Shown here: piece by piece, positions 48,166 to 57,504 of the stretch | How positions within the stretch are numbered: position 1 is the first letter of the stretch | How the letters are laid out: each line of letters starts with the position of its first letter | Source of the DNA: an uncultured bacterium | Lineage (GTDB): Bacteria; Babelota; Babeliae; Babelales; RVW-14 | Assembly: GCA_963759805.1 (NCBI GenBank) | Contig: CAVXAT010000002.1 | Span: forward strand, 137,479-201,478 | Direction: 5' to 3' | Length of the DNA: 64,000 nt | Position numbers and translations under genes: made by a program | Notes under the pieces: generated by a model | Seen by the model: the letters and a program-made list of their open reading frames with translations, nothing else | Told to the model about the DNA's origin: nothing | Databases searched by the model: none

Positions 48166-48906
48166 ATGAAGAAATTTATGTTGCAATCAATATTATTTGC
48201 CGGAATGATTGTTTTCAACTTGGTAAACGCAGATAACGACCACATTGAATTTATTGAATTTGCCAGGAACGAAGTATCTATTCCAGAAAGATTAGGAAAT
48301 CTTCAGCTTTATAAGGACAATTATGGATTTCATGTTTTTAAAGACGGTGAAACTTATGACATCCCCAATTATTTTTGTGATCCATTGTTACTAAGAATGT
48401 CCAATGAACAACTAGTGAATTTCTTAGGAAGAAACAAACCCAAGATTATTACTCTAACGCCGGAAGAAGTTAGCCAAATAAATCCAAATAACATGGTTGA
48501 AATAACTGACGCCGAAAAGGACAATCTTCTAAGCCTATTATTTGGTAGTGGATACATTGCAATTAATCAGATGGATGATGGCGAATATATCCTTCGCGCT
48601 AAAATAAGACTTCTGGGGGGAGGTTTTTTTGGATCTATGGCTAAAATTTTCACTGTGGGACTTGCCGTAGATCTTGTCGGCTGTATGATACTAAGCCCTG
48701 TAGGATACTACTTTGTATTGGCACCCATAGAATGTATTGCTGTAACAATTTATCAAATAGCAACTGAAGACGATCCTAAATCCACTGCCGCAAAACAACC
48801 AGAACCTAATCCAGCACCCAATCCAGCACCACAGCCTACAGATCAATATGAATTTGTGTATGAACCTGAACCTATACCCTACATTACTTCTGTTCTTGGT
48901 GAGTAG
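48166..48906 (+). CDS. Hypothetical secreted/membrane protein with Pro-rich C-terminus
   Basis: Preferred start MKKFMLQSILFAGMIVFNLVNA (ATG 48166, in frame with the ORF-track 48085). Two C-terminal TM-like segments, then PEPNPAPNPAPQP. Confidence 0.45.
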   Translation: MKKFMLQSILFAGMIVFNLVNADNDHIEFIEFARNEVSIPERLGNLQLYKDNYGFHVFKDGETYDIPNYFCDPLLLRMSNEQLVNFLGRNKPKIITLTPEEVSQINPNNMVEITDAEKDNLLSLLFGSGYIAINQMDDGEYILRAKIRLLGGGFFGSMAKIFTVGLAVDLVGCMILSPVGYYFVLAPIECIAVTIYQIATEDDPKSTAAKQPEPNPAPNPAPQPTDQYEFVYEPEPIPYITSVLGE

Positions 48907-49005
48907 TTTTCTTTTTTGGGAATTTTTTCTACCATGGAAAACTAATCAAGAAATAGCTTGTAAATTAGACAAATCCAACCACTACGTTTTGGGGATAATC
49001 TGAAC

Positions 49006-49980
49006 TTACATTCGAAGTGAAGCAATCAATGCAACAGGAATAGACATTTTCGACCCTTCAGGAAAAAGTTTTTTACGAGCATCACAATATTTTTTTATAA
49101 GTAATGCCCAACACCCCCATCTTCCCAATATCGATAAGCCATGAGCGATTTTAAGAGGGGCGCCTGAGACATCCATAAATTCTTTCCAGATTTTCATGCC
49201 ATCTCCAGAACGGTATGGTGTACATCCATAAAAAAATTGATCTATAAGGGATAAGCTTATGACAAGTGTTGCATTAAGCAAGAATCGTTTTTGTTTGAGT
49301 GACAAAGCTTTTGTATTTAAAATATAAGTAAACGGGCTAGCCCCGTTGATGAAACTCTTTAATGTTATTTCGAATAATCCTTTATTATCGCAATAAGAAC
49401 AGTATCCTGTTATTGTCGAGAGTAAAGTGTACATGAAGGCTGCAGTAGATAGGCCTCCTGCGACATATGCAATACTTAACTCTGTGGCAGATGCAATACT
49501 TAACTCGATATTTTCGTAAGCATCATGATTTTGTTTTATAGATCTTTTTCGCCCAACCCTTGTTATTCCTCTTTTCCATGGGAAAATGTTATAAAAATGC
49601 ATGTTGTCTAATGAAAAGAGTCGGCGTTGAGGCATTGTTTCTGGCGTTGTTGTGCCTATGTAAATTTGAATTGGATTAGGGACATCCAATAAAGCCTTTG
49701 CTGCAACTGCATGTCCCGATTCATGAGTAATGGTTGCTATGGAAGAAATTAAAAACTCCAGGAGCCATATCTGTGCGACATCAATAAGAAATTCTTTGCT
49801 TAGCTCTTTAAATTCATTTTTATAATTTGACGTCTGAGTTTGTACTAGATCAGTATCTGCACATAAAGTTTCGTCAACAAATTCTGCGTCTTTAATTGAA
49901 CTTGTAACATCATCAGGTGCTTGCGCACCGATTGATGCAAATGTTATCAATAATAAACAATATTTTAACCTTTTTAGCAT
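49006..49980 (-). CDS. Putative membrane metalloprotease (M50B-like, HExxH)
   Basis: Signal/TM N-terminus. HESGHAVAAK (HExxH) is embedded in a hydrophobic segment. Several further TM helices. Confidence 0.45.
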   Translation of the reverse strand: MLKRLKYCLLLITFASIGAQAPDDVTSSIKDAEFVDETLCADTDLVQTQTSNYKNEFKELSKEFLIDVAQIWLLEFLISSIATITHESGHAVAAKALLDVPNPIQIYIGTTTPETMPQRRLFSLDNMHFYNIFPWKRGITRVGRKRSIKQNHDAYENIELSIASATELSIAYVAGGLSTAAFMYTLLSTITGYCSYCDNKGLFEITLKSFINGASPFTYILNTKALSLKQKRFLLNATLVISLSLIDQFFYGCTPYRSGDGMKIWKEFMDVSGAPLKIAHGLSILGRWGCWALLIKKYCDARKKLFPEGSKMSIPVALIASLRM

Positions 49981-50066
49981 GCGGTAAATTCCTTAAAAAG
50001 CTACGCTTTATTGAAATTTTCGGAAAAATTGGGAAAGCGGGGGACATTTGATGCAATACCTATTCA

Positions 50067-50795
50067 TTATTGATATGCCGGCTGTGCATATTGATATGCC
50101 GACTGTCCATTCCACCAACTACTAACTCGATTCCAGGCATAATCGAAACCTCGCTTAATCTTATTTCTTGCGCTCTCTATATTTTCACCCATCGACTGAA
50201 AAGCATACTGGAATCGCGCTTTGAGCTCTTCCCTTTCTCTGTAGCTCTGATATTCCTTATAAATATAAGTGCTACAAGCTCCAACTATAAACAAAACAGC
50301 TAAAATAAGCATAAACTTTTCGCTTGATGATAATGATAAAGTTTTATTCGAACCTTCAATATCATTGGAAAAATTCAAATACCTAATTTCATTTGATAAA
50401 CCTGCAAATTTGGCTGCAACTAAAAAATTTTTTACCTCTTCAACGGGAATCTTGTTTAAAATAGAGTATGCAATCAACACTCTTATTAGCTCTTCATCTA
50501 AAACACCAGCACATTTAGCCTCAGCTACAAACTTATGAATGTTTTTTAACAACTCCCTATCATCGCACATGCTAGCCATTTCAATATCCATACCCGCAAC
50601 TTTAGGTTTTTTTCTGGCCCCAGTAACGGTAGTTGATTTTGTGGGATTCGATTGTTGTTCATAAGTGGGCTCCTGGCAATTGCAATTGCAACAACAAAGC
50701 ACTATCAGAATTAACAAAAAAACCATGCGCTCTACATTTTTATTGTTCATAAAATTCCTGCTAAATGTAAATGACATAAATAAACTAATTATCAT
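50067..50795 (-). CDS. Hypothetical membrane protein
   Basis: ORF with an N-terminal hydrophobic/Cys-rich leader (likely start MNNKNVERMVFLL at 50748), one C-terminal TM, and a Tyr/Gln-rich tail. Confidence 0.4.
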   Translation of the reverse strand: MIISLFMSFTFSRNFMNNKNVERMVFLLILIVLCCCNCNCQEPTYEQQSNPTKSTTVTGARKKPKVAGMDIEMASMCDDRELLKNIHKFVAEAKCAGVLDEELIRVLIAYSILNKIPVEEVKNFLVAAKFAGLSNEIRYLNFSNDIEGSNKTLSLSSSEKFMLILAVLFIVGACSTYIYKEYQSYREREELKARFQYAFQSMGENIESARNKIKRGFDYAWNRVSSWWNGQSAYQYAQPAYQ

Positions 50796-52017
50796 CAGTT
50801 ACGCTTTCAGCCAATTGCTGTAACTCCTGTGCTTTTTTTATAAGCACAGCTTTGCGTTGCTGTTCCAAATCTTTTGTTTCAAAATATTTCTCAAGCAACA
50901 GATCAAAATCCATATCAACTGAAAGCATTGCGCGCTTCTCTCGTACTGCCGGCTGAAAAACTGGAACTACGGCTGCCAAAAAATGGGCCTTACTACACGC
51001 CCGCGTTATTGCAAACATATCTATTTTTTGGTTACTTCCAACCGGAAGACTGTACAAAATTTTCACAATGGCATTGGTTACGTCGTTTTTTTCAATTTCA
51101 TCAATAATCTGCTGCGTGAAATCTTTGCCATCTACCACATCAAATTCAATCTGAACCATGGGGCGAACTTGCAATTCGACGAATTCGTACTTACAAACTT
51201 TGTTATCAATAGTAACACGACAGAAGCCTTTAGGTTCCCTACGTTCACCAAAGTCAATTCGCTCAATTGAACCGGAATAAACAACAGGAATCCCACCTTT
51301 ATTCAAATTTTGATGTCGATGCAAATGCCCAAGTGCTACATAATCAAAAGGTTGGATTGCAAGTTGTGACGGAAGAAAAATTGGATCATTGCCAAAAATT
51401 GCGCATTTTTCCGATCCTGAAAATACTCCACTACTTACCGTTAAGTGAGCAGCCAGAACGCTTGGAATTTCGGGATCTAATGTTCGTGCCATTTGTTGAA
51501 TTATCTGTCCAACTTTTTCAGACAGATATTTTGTAATCTCATAGTTATCCTTAAACCGGTGCTGTTCGGCCCCAATTAAATTACTACGAGTTGGCCAGGG
51601 AATTCCAACAATCTGGACAAGACCACTTTTTGTTTCAAGCTTTAATATCTCGGGCTTGCTCAAAACATGAAAACCATCAAACGGAAGGTATGAAAACACG
51701 TCAAGCGAATGAGCTTTGCCAAAACTGAGTGGATGATCATGATTTCCCACAATGATAACGATGGGGATTTTTTCGACATGTAAACGCATAAGCTGTTTGG
51801 CAAAAAGTTTTTGTTGAGTGGGAGTTGGATTTGCCGTTTTATATGCATCGCCACAAAACAGTAAAAAATCAATCTGTTCTGTTATTGCACGATCTATACA
51901 CAACTCAAGACTACTATTAAAATCCGACAGACGGGAGTGAATTCCCGTCTGTGGATCAATTTTACCGTAGTTTTCAATGCCAAAATGCGTATCAGCCGTA
52001 TGAAAAAATTTAATCAT
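50785..52017 (-). CDS. sbcD: Exonuclease SbcD / Mre11-family nuclease
   Basis: Calcineurin-like phosphoesterase motifs FHTADTHFG, CGDAYK, GNHDH and LGHLH in the correct order. Confidence 0.85.
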   Translation of the reverse strand: MIKFFHTADTHFGIENYGKIDPQTGIHSRLSDFNSSLELCIDRAITEQIDFLLFCGDAYKTANPTPTQQKLFAKQLMRLHVEKIPIVIIVGNHDHPLSFGKAHSLDVFSYLPFDGFHVLSKPEILKLETKSGLVQIVGIPWPTRSNLIGAEQHRFKDNYEITKYLSEKVGQIIQQMARTLDPEIPSVLAAHLTVSSGVFSGSEKCAIFGNDPIFLPSQLAIQPFDYVALGHLHRHQNLNKGGIPVVYSGSIERIDFGERREPKGFCRVTIDNKVCKYEFVELQVRPMVQIEFDVVDGKDFTQQIIDEIEKNDVTNAIVKILYSLPVGSNQKIDMFAITRACSKAHFLAAVVPVFQPAVREKRAMLSVDMDFDLLLEKYFETKDLEQQRKAVLIKKAQELQQLAESVTDDN

Positions 52018-52032
52018 AGATTGCGCGTTTGT

Positions 52033-53550
52033 TTATAAATTGCTCTGCTTGTCTGTATCCGTTTTTACAGCACCTCTGAAATTGAAACCTACTTTATTTT
52101 CTCTATCAGATTGAGCATCATCATCACAGGAGTTATTTTTACTGTTTTTTATAGAGCTATCTTTGGAGTTATCTTTTTTTTTCCCAAGTAATTTCTGCGC
52201 ATATTCAAGTTTATTTTCTTGCCTAGATCGTCCAATTCCCAATCCACCGGCCGGAACATCCTGTGTTATCGTTGAGCCACCCGCAGTGTAAGCTCCCTTA
52301 CCAATATTTAATGGCGCAATCAATGTATTATTACTGCCTACAAAAGCCCCGTCCTCAATCTCCGTTTTAAATTTATTTACACCATCATAATTACACGTAA
52401 TCGTACCGGCCCCAATGTTTACAGATTTGCCAATTTCAGCATCACCGATATATGTTAAATGCTTAGATTTGGAATTTTCCCCAATTTGAGTATTTTTAAT
52501 TTCAACAAAATTTCCAATCTCAACATTGTTTCCAAGTTTGACATTGTGCCTGAGCCTGGCAAACGGACCAACATGAACATTTGTTCCAATAACGCTGTCT
52601 TGAATAACCGAATGTGAATGTATCGTGGTTCCTTCACCAATATTGGAATTTTCAACAATTGAAAAAGCTCCAAGAAAGCACTCTTCCCCAATAACTGTGT
52701 TCCCAAGCAAATGCACGCCTGTACCAATAAATGATCCCGGACCAATCTTAACATTTATATCAATGTGAATACTTTGGGCAAGCTCAAAACGAACCCCTTG
52801 AGCCATCCAATGTTTTATGAATTCCGACCGTTTTATCTGTTCCACATTCCAAAGTTCTTGTAAAGTATTTACACCTCGAACATCATCGTATGGAACCGGA
52901 ATCTCTTTAACTATGACATCCTGCTCTGAGGCCATTTTTATAAGATCTGGTAAATAATACTCACCGGATGGGCTTTTTGAGATCTGGCTTATATTTTCTT
53001 CGAGCCATTTACGATTAATAACATAAACTCCTGCGTTTATTTTATTAATCTGCAGTTGTTCAAAGTTACAATCTTTTTCCTCAACAACTGTAAATTTTCC
53101 GCCTAATTCAACAACCCTACCATAGCTAGTTGGATCAAGAACAAGCGCAGAAAGAAACGTTAATGCAGCTCGACTTCGTTCATGCTTTTCAAGAGCCTCA
53201 CATATCAACTCTTTTGTAATCAGTGGCATATCACCATTCATTATCAGCACATCGTCAAAACCCTGCCATGAATCAAATGCGCAATGAACTGCATGCCCTG
53301 TTCCAAGTTGCTCTTTTTGGGTTACAAAGGATAGATCTTCAACATTACCAGATTCGACTAATGGCTTAATCAAGTCTGCTTGATGTCCAAGTATTAGGGT
53401 TGTTGATATTCCAAGTTCCTGCAACGTTCTTATAGGATACATTATCATTGGACGCCCACAGATACTGAATAGTAATTTACTTTTTCTGGTTTTAAATCTA
53501 GTAGATTTTCCAGCCGCCAGAAGTATGGCTTTAACCTTTGCATAATTCAT
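52033..53550 (-). CDS. glmU: Bifunctional UDP-N-acetylglucosamine pyrophosphorylase / GlcN-1-P N-acetyltransferase
   Basis: ILAAGKSTRFKT.. (LxxGxGTxM-type), GTGHAV, and a left-handed beta-helix hexapeptide region. A low-complexity Lys/Ser/Asp C-terminal extension follows. Confidence 0.9.
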   Translation of the reverse strand: MNYAKVKAILLAAGKSTRFKTRKSKLLFSICGRPMIMYPIRTLQELGISTTLILGHQADLIKPLVESGNVEDLSFVTQKEQLGTGHAVHCAFDSWQGFDDVLIMNGDMPLITKELICEALEKHERSRAALTFLSALVLDPTSYGRVVELGGKFTVVEEKDCNFEQLQINKINAGVYVINRKWLEENISQISKSPSGEYYLPDLIKMASEQDVIVKEIPVPYDDVRGVNTLQELWNVEQIKRSEFIKHWMAQGVRFELAQSIHIDINVKIGPGSFIGTGVHLLGNTVIGEECFLGAFSIVENSNIGEGTTIHSHSVIQDSVIGTNVHVGPFARLRHNVKLGNNVEIGNFVEIKNTQIGENSKSKHLTYIGDAEIGKSVNIGAGTITCNYDGVNKFKTEIEDGAFVGSNNTLIAPLNIGKGAYTAGGSTITQDVPAGGLGIGRSRQENKLEYAQKLLGKKKDNSKDSSIKNSKNNSCDDDAQSDRENKVGFNFRGAVKTDTDKQSNL

Positions 53551-53762
53551 ATCCGGCTCCTTTCGGGATCAACCGCTAATATTTAACCCGTTTTTTAAAT
53601 TTCTAATTTTTTTCATTTTTCAATCATTACAAATGCATTTTTTATCGTACTATGATATAATACAGCGTAAAGCATAAAATAAGCAAATAATTATGTAAAA
53701 TCAAGTTTGTTCTTTCAAATCCTATATTTTTTTATATTTTTATATTTTTTTACTCTTTAATT

Positions 53763-53854
53763 GGAGAGATGGCTGAGTGGTTGAAAGCGACCGCCTCGAA
53801 AGCGGTTATTCCGGGAAACTGGAATCGTGGGTTCGAATCCCACTCTCTCCACCA
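53763..53854 (+). tRNA. tRNA-Ser (anticodon CGA), CCA encoded
   Basis: Manual cloverleaf: acceptor GGAGAGA/TCTCTCC; anticodon stem ACCGC/GCGGT with loop CTCGAAA; long variable arm (TATTCCGGGAAACTGGAATC); T arm GTGGG-TTCGAAT-CCCAC; 3' ACCA. Confidence 0.9.
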
Positions 53855-53868
53855 GTCTTCGCTGCTTC

Positions 53869-53939
53869 GCAGCTTCGTCTGGCAGGAAAGCAGCTTCGTC
53901 TGGCAAGCCATCCAATTTAGGCTAGTTACTAGCTTGCCA
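53869..53939. repeat. GC-rich direct repeat plus hairpin immediately 3' of tRNA-Ser
   Basis: GCAGCTTCGTCTGGCA occurs at 53869-53884 and 53890-53905 (period 21). Nested inverted repeats follow: TGGCAAGC (53901-53908) / GCTTGCCA (53932-53939), and GCTAG/CTAGC. Confidence 0.6.
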
Positions 53940-54810
53940 AAGCAACATGCTCATGTTGTAATTCAAGTACTTTGATTTTTATCTCTTCAAAAAATTGATC
54001 TATATCTCTAAGTTTTTCTATCTTAAGTAAATATGGATCGCTCCCTGCAAGCAGTCCATCAAAAAGCAGTATTAAGAAAATAAAGTAAGCAATTCCGGCG
54101 GCAGAACCAATGCCAACACTAATAGCCCATCATTATGACCTAAACTATAATTGTCCCCACGGCTACACCAAAAACCCCTGACTCTAAACAAAATATCGAT
54201 TTTTCAAAGAACCATCTTATAATTTTTCTAAGAATACCCGCGCCACGGTCGTGATCAAGCTTATTCGCAATCAAGCCATAATCCTTTTCAAAAAGTTTCA
54301 AAATCAAAGCTGTATGTTCTTTAATCAGATCATCATCCGAAGAAATGGCTTGATGAATATATTTTTCAAAATTTTCTAAATTTTGAAGATTCTCATCTTT
54401 TTGAAACAAGCAGATAATCAAATAATAGTCGCATAGTTGTGTGAGTTAACACCGCCGCGAACAACCCTACTGGAATTTTGTTATTGGGCGATTTATCAAA
54501 TTTTTCAGCCGCATCAGCGAAGACACCAGTAACCAATGATGCCATCAGATAACAAATCTCTTTAAGTGTTTTACTCGCTGCACTATGCAAAAATGATGAT
54601 GATTTTGTCCGTAAAATTCTTTTTACAAGCTCGTTATATCTCTTTTTGTCAAATTTTACAGATTTAGATTGTTCAATAGGGTACTGCTCAACAGAGTTAG
54701 GTGGAGTTGACTGAATTAGATGAGTTTACTGATTCTGCAACTAAATATGATGTTTTAACAAAAACCAGTCCCAATAAAACGGTCAAAATCAGATAAATAT
54801 TCTTTTTCAT
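53929..54810 (-). pseudogene. Fragmented (multiply frameshifted) gene for a secreted/membrane protein of unknown function
   Basis: Four consecutive minus-strand frame pieces. (1) 54810-54697, MKKNIYLILTVLLGLVFV.. signal peptide ending in TAA. (2) A frame open to 54393 (..SVEQYPIEQSKSVKFDKKRYNELVKR..HSAASKTLKEICYLMAS..). (3) 54421-54140. (4) A piece ending at TAG 53931-53929 (..AISVGIGSAAGIAYFIFLILLFDGLL..LELQHEHVALAS). Confidence 0.4.
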
Positions 54811-54995
54811 AGTTTTCTCCAGTCATGCTTTAAAGTTGCCTCAAATATAACGGTTCTCAATCTAGAAAAATTTTTGGTTAAAAGCAAGCCATATTTGACT
54901 TTTTGCTCCTTTTTGCCGATTATGATTGGTGTTATAGTTGCTGCGCAGAACCGCTTAAAACAACTATTATTTCAATCACTATAAATTTGGATATT

Positions 54996-55553
54996 ATGAA
55001 AAAAATAGTATATCTGGCTCTAATTTTAACCACCATAATCACTGGAACATTATTTTTCCTTATTCAACGCAAATGGTTAATTATCCACTGGACGTTTCAA
55101 CCAATTCAAAACTCCATTCTGCTAACTTCAAAATATGGCTCTAAACAGCAAAAAATTCGGGTTTATTTTGGGAAGGATGACAAATTCCGGCACGATGATG
55201 TAACAATAATATGGAACATGGAAAATAAGCACGATACGCTGAAGCATCTTATTGATAGTTGGCTTTCGACGCTACATGACGAAAAAATTTTAAATAAAAA
55301 GCTCAAAGTTGAAACCATAGCACTTGGTTCATCCGAACAGGAGGCATATATTTCACTCAGCCAAAATATACCCTGGCAGGAGTGGTCAATTATTCAAAAG
55401 TGGCTCTTAGTAGAATGTCTTTTAAAAACGATTAGAGAAGCCGGGCTTGGAATAAAGTTTGTAAATATTCTTGTTAATAATAAACCACTTGAAGATGCAC
55501 ATCTTAACTTTATTCAACCATGGCCAATTGAAGGTTTTAGAGAACAGCATTAA
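54996..55553 (+). CDS. Hypothetical membrane-anchored protein
   Basis: Preferred ATG 54996 (MKKIVYLALILTTIITGTLFFL, N-terminal anchor), in frame with the ORF-track TTG at 54903. Confidence 0.45.
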   Translation: MKKIVYLALILTTIITGTLFFLIQRKWLIIHWTFQPIQNSILLTSKYGSKQQKIRVYFGKDDKFRHDDVTIIWNMENKHDTLKHLIDSWLSTLHDEKILNKKLKVETIALGSSEQEAYISLSQNIPWQEWSIIQKWLLVECLLKTIREAGLGIKFVNILVNNKPLEDAHLNFIQPWPIEGFREQH

Positions 55554-55656
55554 AGAAAAAGGGAGAGAAAGATGAAGAGAAATTCTGTAGTTTTTTTACT
55601 AATATCAATATTTATAATAAAAACAAATAATTTAACAGCACAAGAACAATTGGGAC

Positions 55657-56148
55657 ATGCTTGCTGTAGATCTTCCAACTCTAGATCTTACTCAGGTAGA
55701 TTTTGCTCCGGATTCTGTCGAATTACGTAAAATTAAGATATCAGCGTCCAACATTTTTCAAGGACTCGCAACTGCCTGCGTATGTATAGCAAAAGTAGCT
55801 GAGGCAAAAACATCAAAGGAGAAAAAAGAAACCACGTGTGCTATTGTTTCATCCGCACTTCTACTGGCATCAGATGCATGCGAAAAGCATGAACAACATA
55901 AACAAAAAAAACAAGAGCAACAAACACAAACTAATAAAACAGAAAAAACAAAAACAGATTCTAAAGAAGATTCTGAAACAAAATCCATTAATTTTGCATA
56001 TCTTCAACAAATTCAGGATTTAAGCACAGATCAGGAAAGAATGGAATTGGTGAATAACATTTTGCAGAACAGAGAGGAGACAGAAATATTACTTGATGAA
56101 GTAAACTCCGCCACAAAGCTTTTACTAATCGATGCTCTGTTCGAGTAA
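55657..56148 (+). CDS. Hypothetical protein with Lys/Gln/Glu/Thr-rich low-complexity centre
   Basis: ORF of 163 aa. An upstream SD-led signal-peptide mini-ORF (55572-55730) is in the adjacent frame, so the true 5' end is uncertain. Confidence 0.4.
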   Translation: MLAVDLPTLDLTQVDFAPDSVELRKIKISASNIFQGLATACVCIAKVAEAKTSKEKKETTCAIVSSALLLASDACEKHEQHKQKKQEQQTQTNKTEKTKTDSKEDSETKSINFAYLQQIQDLSTDQERMELVNNILQNREETEILLDEVNSATKLLLIDALFE

Positions 56149-57504
56149 TTAAGAGATAATTTTATTATCACACACTAATTTTTTATTGGTTTTGCCAACA
56201 TATAAAGCTAACACAATCCAGAGCCCTACCATTCCCAGAGAAATTATAGAACCAAAAAAAAGTAGCGTAGACATGTCAACAAAAATTGCATTTATGGCAG
56301 CCCCAAAAGACTTTGCTGATCGACTGCCAAATACGTCAATCCAGCTTTTCGCCTTAAATTTAATATCGCTACTGGTAGGAATATACATAATCTCAACACA
56401 GGGCTTATTTAATGCGTAACTAAAGCCTTTCAACATAATCATCGCTACAAAAAACGAATATAGATTCGGATTAATCCAAACAAATAAAACTAAAAATCCA
56501 ACAAGAGTGGGAAATAAAATTAGAGAAAAGATCAAGCCAAATCTTCTTATAAGAAAACTCGTACCAATCAATGAAATAACAAGAGCAAGCAAGTTGGCAT
56601 AAAAACCATATGCACCAAGTAACTCCGTCAAAGTCTCAACTGATGGACAAATGCCGTCAGCCAGAAATTTCATCTGATAATCAATAATGGTTCCAATAAT
56701 CTCATAAAGCGTTATCAAGCCCAATATTCCCAATAAATATGGTTTTGATAAAAGCAAGCGCAATCCTTCTATTGGCCCGGTAGATGCGTCTATTTGCTCT
56801 GTAGATGCGCCTGAATCTTTTATGATACATTCAGGCGCAAATTTAGAATAATTTTTTACAAAATAACTTACCAAAAACGGGACAATCATTATGCCACACA
56901 CCACAACAAGAAGCAACGTTGTAATACCTATCACACTCGCCATTCTGGCCAATAGAGGTCCAACAACTGATCCAATTTGAGCGCCACAAATAATTAGCGC
57001 ATACCCTTTTTTAGCAGAATTCGTATCATTTGTACTTGCAACAAACGACCAAAAGAGCGCAACAGCCAAAGACCCAAAACTTTCAATGCTCAAATAAATT
57101 ATCCAACCAAGAATTCGTCCCTTATCTAAAACCGGATTGGCCAAACCAATGGTGGGATGAGCAACAAAATATGCTATACCCAAAAACAGAGAGGCATAAA
57201 ACAGAAAAATAATGTAAAAAAGTCGATGCTTCTGAACCAGATCAACAAGCTTTGAATAAATTAAAATAAGAGGAATCATTATGAGAACTGATGCAATTTT
57301 TGCATATGGTAGATAACATTTTCCAACAATCCGCATGAAAAGTGCGTCTTTAAGAGGTCGCATCAACCAATAAGTTCCAACAATAAAAAGATATGTGCAT
57401 GCAAGCAGACTAAGTCTTCTAATTTCTTTAGCGGTTAACCCAATCCAAAAAAAACGAACCATCCGCTTTAACATTGCAAAATCTCCCGAAGAATATTTAG
57501 TCAA
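56149..57504 (-). CDS. ATP/ADP translocase family nucleotide transporter (Tlc/NTT), paralog B
   Basis: About 12 TM helices. N-terminal KEIRRLSLLACTYLFIVGTYWLMRPLKDALF and C-terminal YALNKPCVEIMYIPTSSDIKFKAKSWIDVFGSRSAKSFGA parallel Rickettsia/Chlamydia Tlc/Npt motifs (..LRSIKD.., ..KNMAYIPLD..VKGQAAVEVIGGRLGKSGGA). Confidence 0.8.
   Translation of the reverse strand: MTKYSSGDFAMLKRMVRFFWIGLTAKEIRRLSLLACTYLFIVGTYWLMRPLKDALFMRIVGKCYLPYAKIASVLIMIPLILIYSKLVDLVQKHRLFYIIFLFYASLFLGIAYFVAHPTIGLANPVLDKGRILGWIIYLSIESFGSLAVALFWSFVASTNDTNSAKKGYALIICGAQIGSVVGPLLARMASVIGITTLLLVVVCGIMIVPFLVSYFVKNYSKFAPECIIKDSGASTEQIDASTGPIEGLRLLLSKPYLLGILGLITLYEIIGTIIDYQMKFLADGICPSVETLTELLGAYGFYANLLALVISLIGTSFLIRRFGLIFSLILFPTLVGFLVLFVWINPNLYSFFVAMIMLKGFSYALNKPCVEIMYIPTSSDIKFKAKSWIDVFGSRSAKSFGAAINAIFVDMSTLLFFGSIISLGMVGLWIVLALYVGKTNKKLVCDNKIIS

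Noticed and set aside
50069-50110. Direct repeat ATTGATATGCCG(G/A)CTGT(G/C)CAT x2
   Set aside because: It lies within the 3' end of CDS 50067..50795 and simply encodes the repetitive Tyr/Gln-rich tail (..SAYQYAQPAYQ).
53769-53975. 68-aa ORF (MAEWLKATASK...)
   Set aside because: It is a translation of the tRNA-Ser gene and the GC-rich repeat that follows it. It is not a protein gene.
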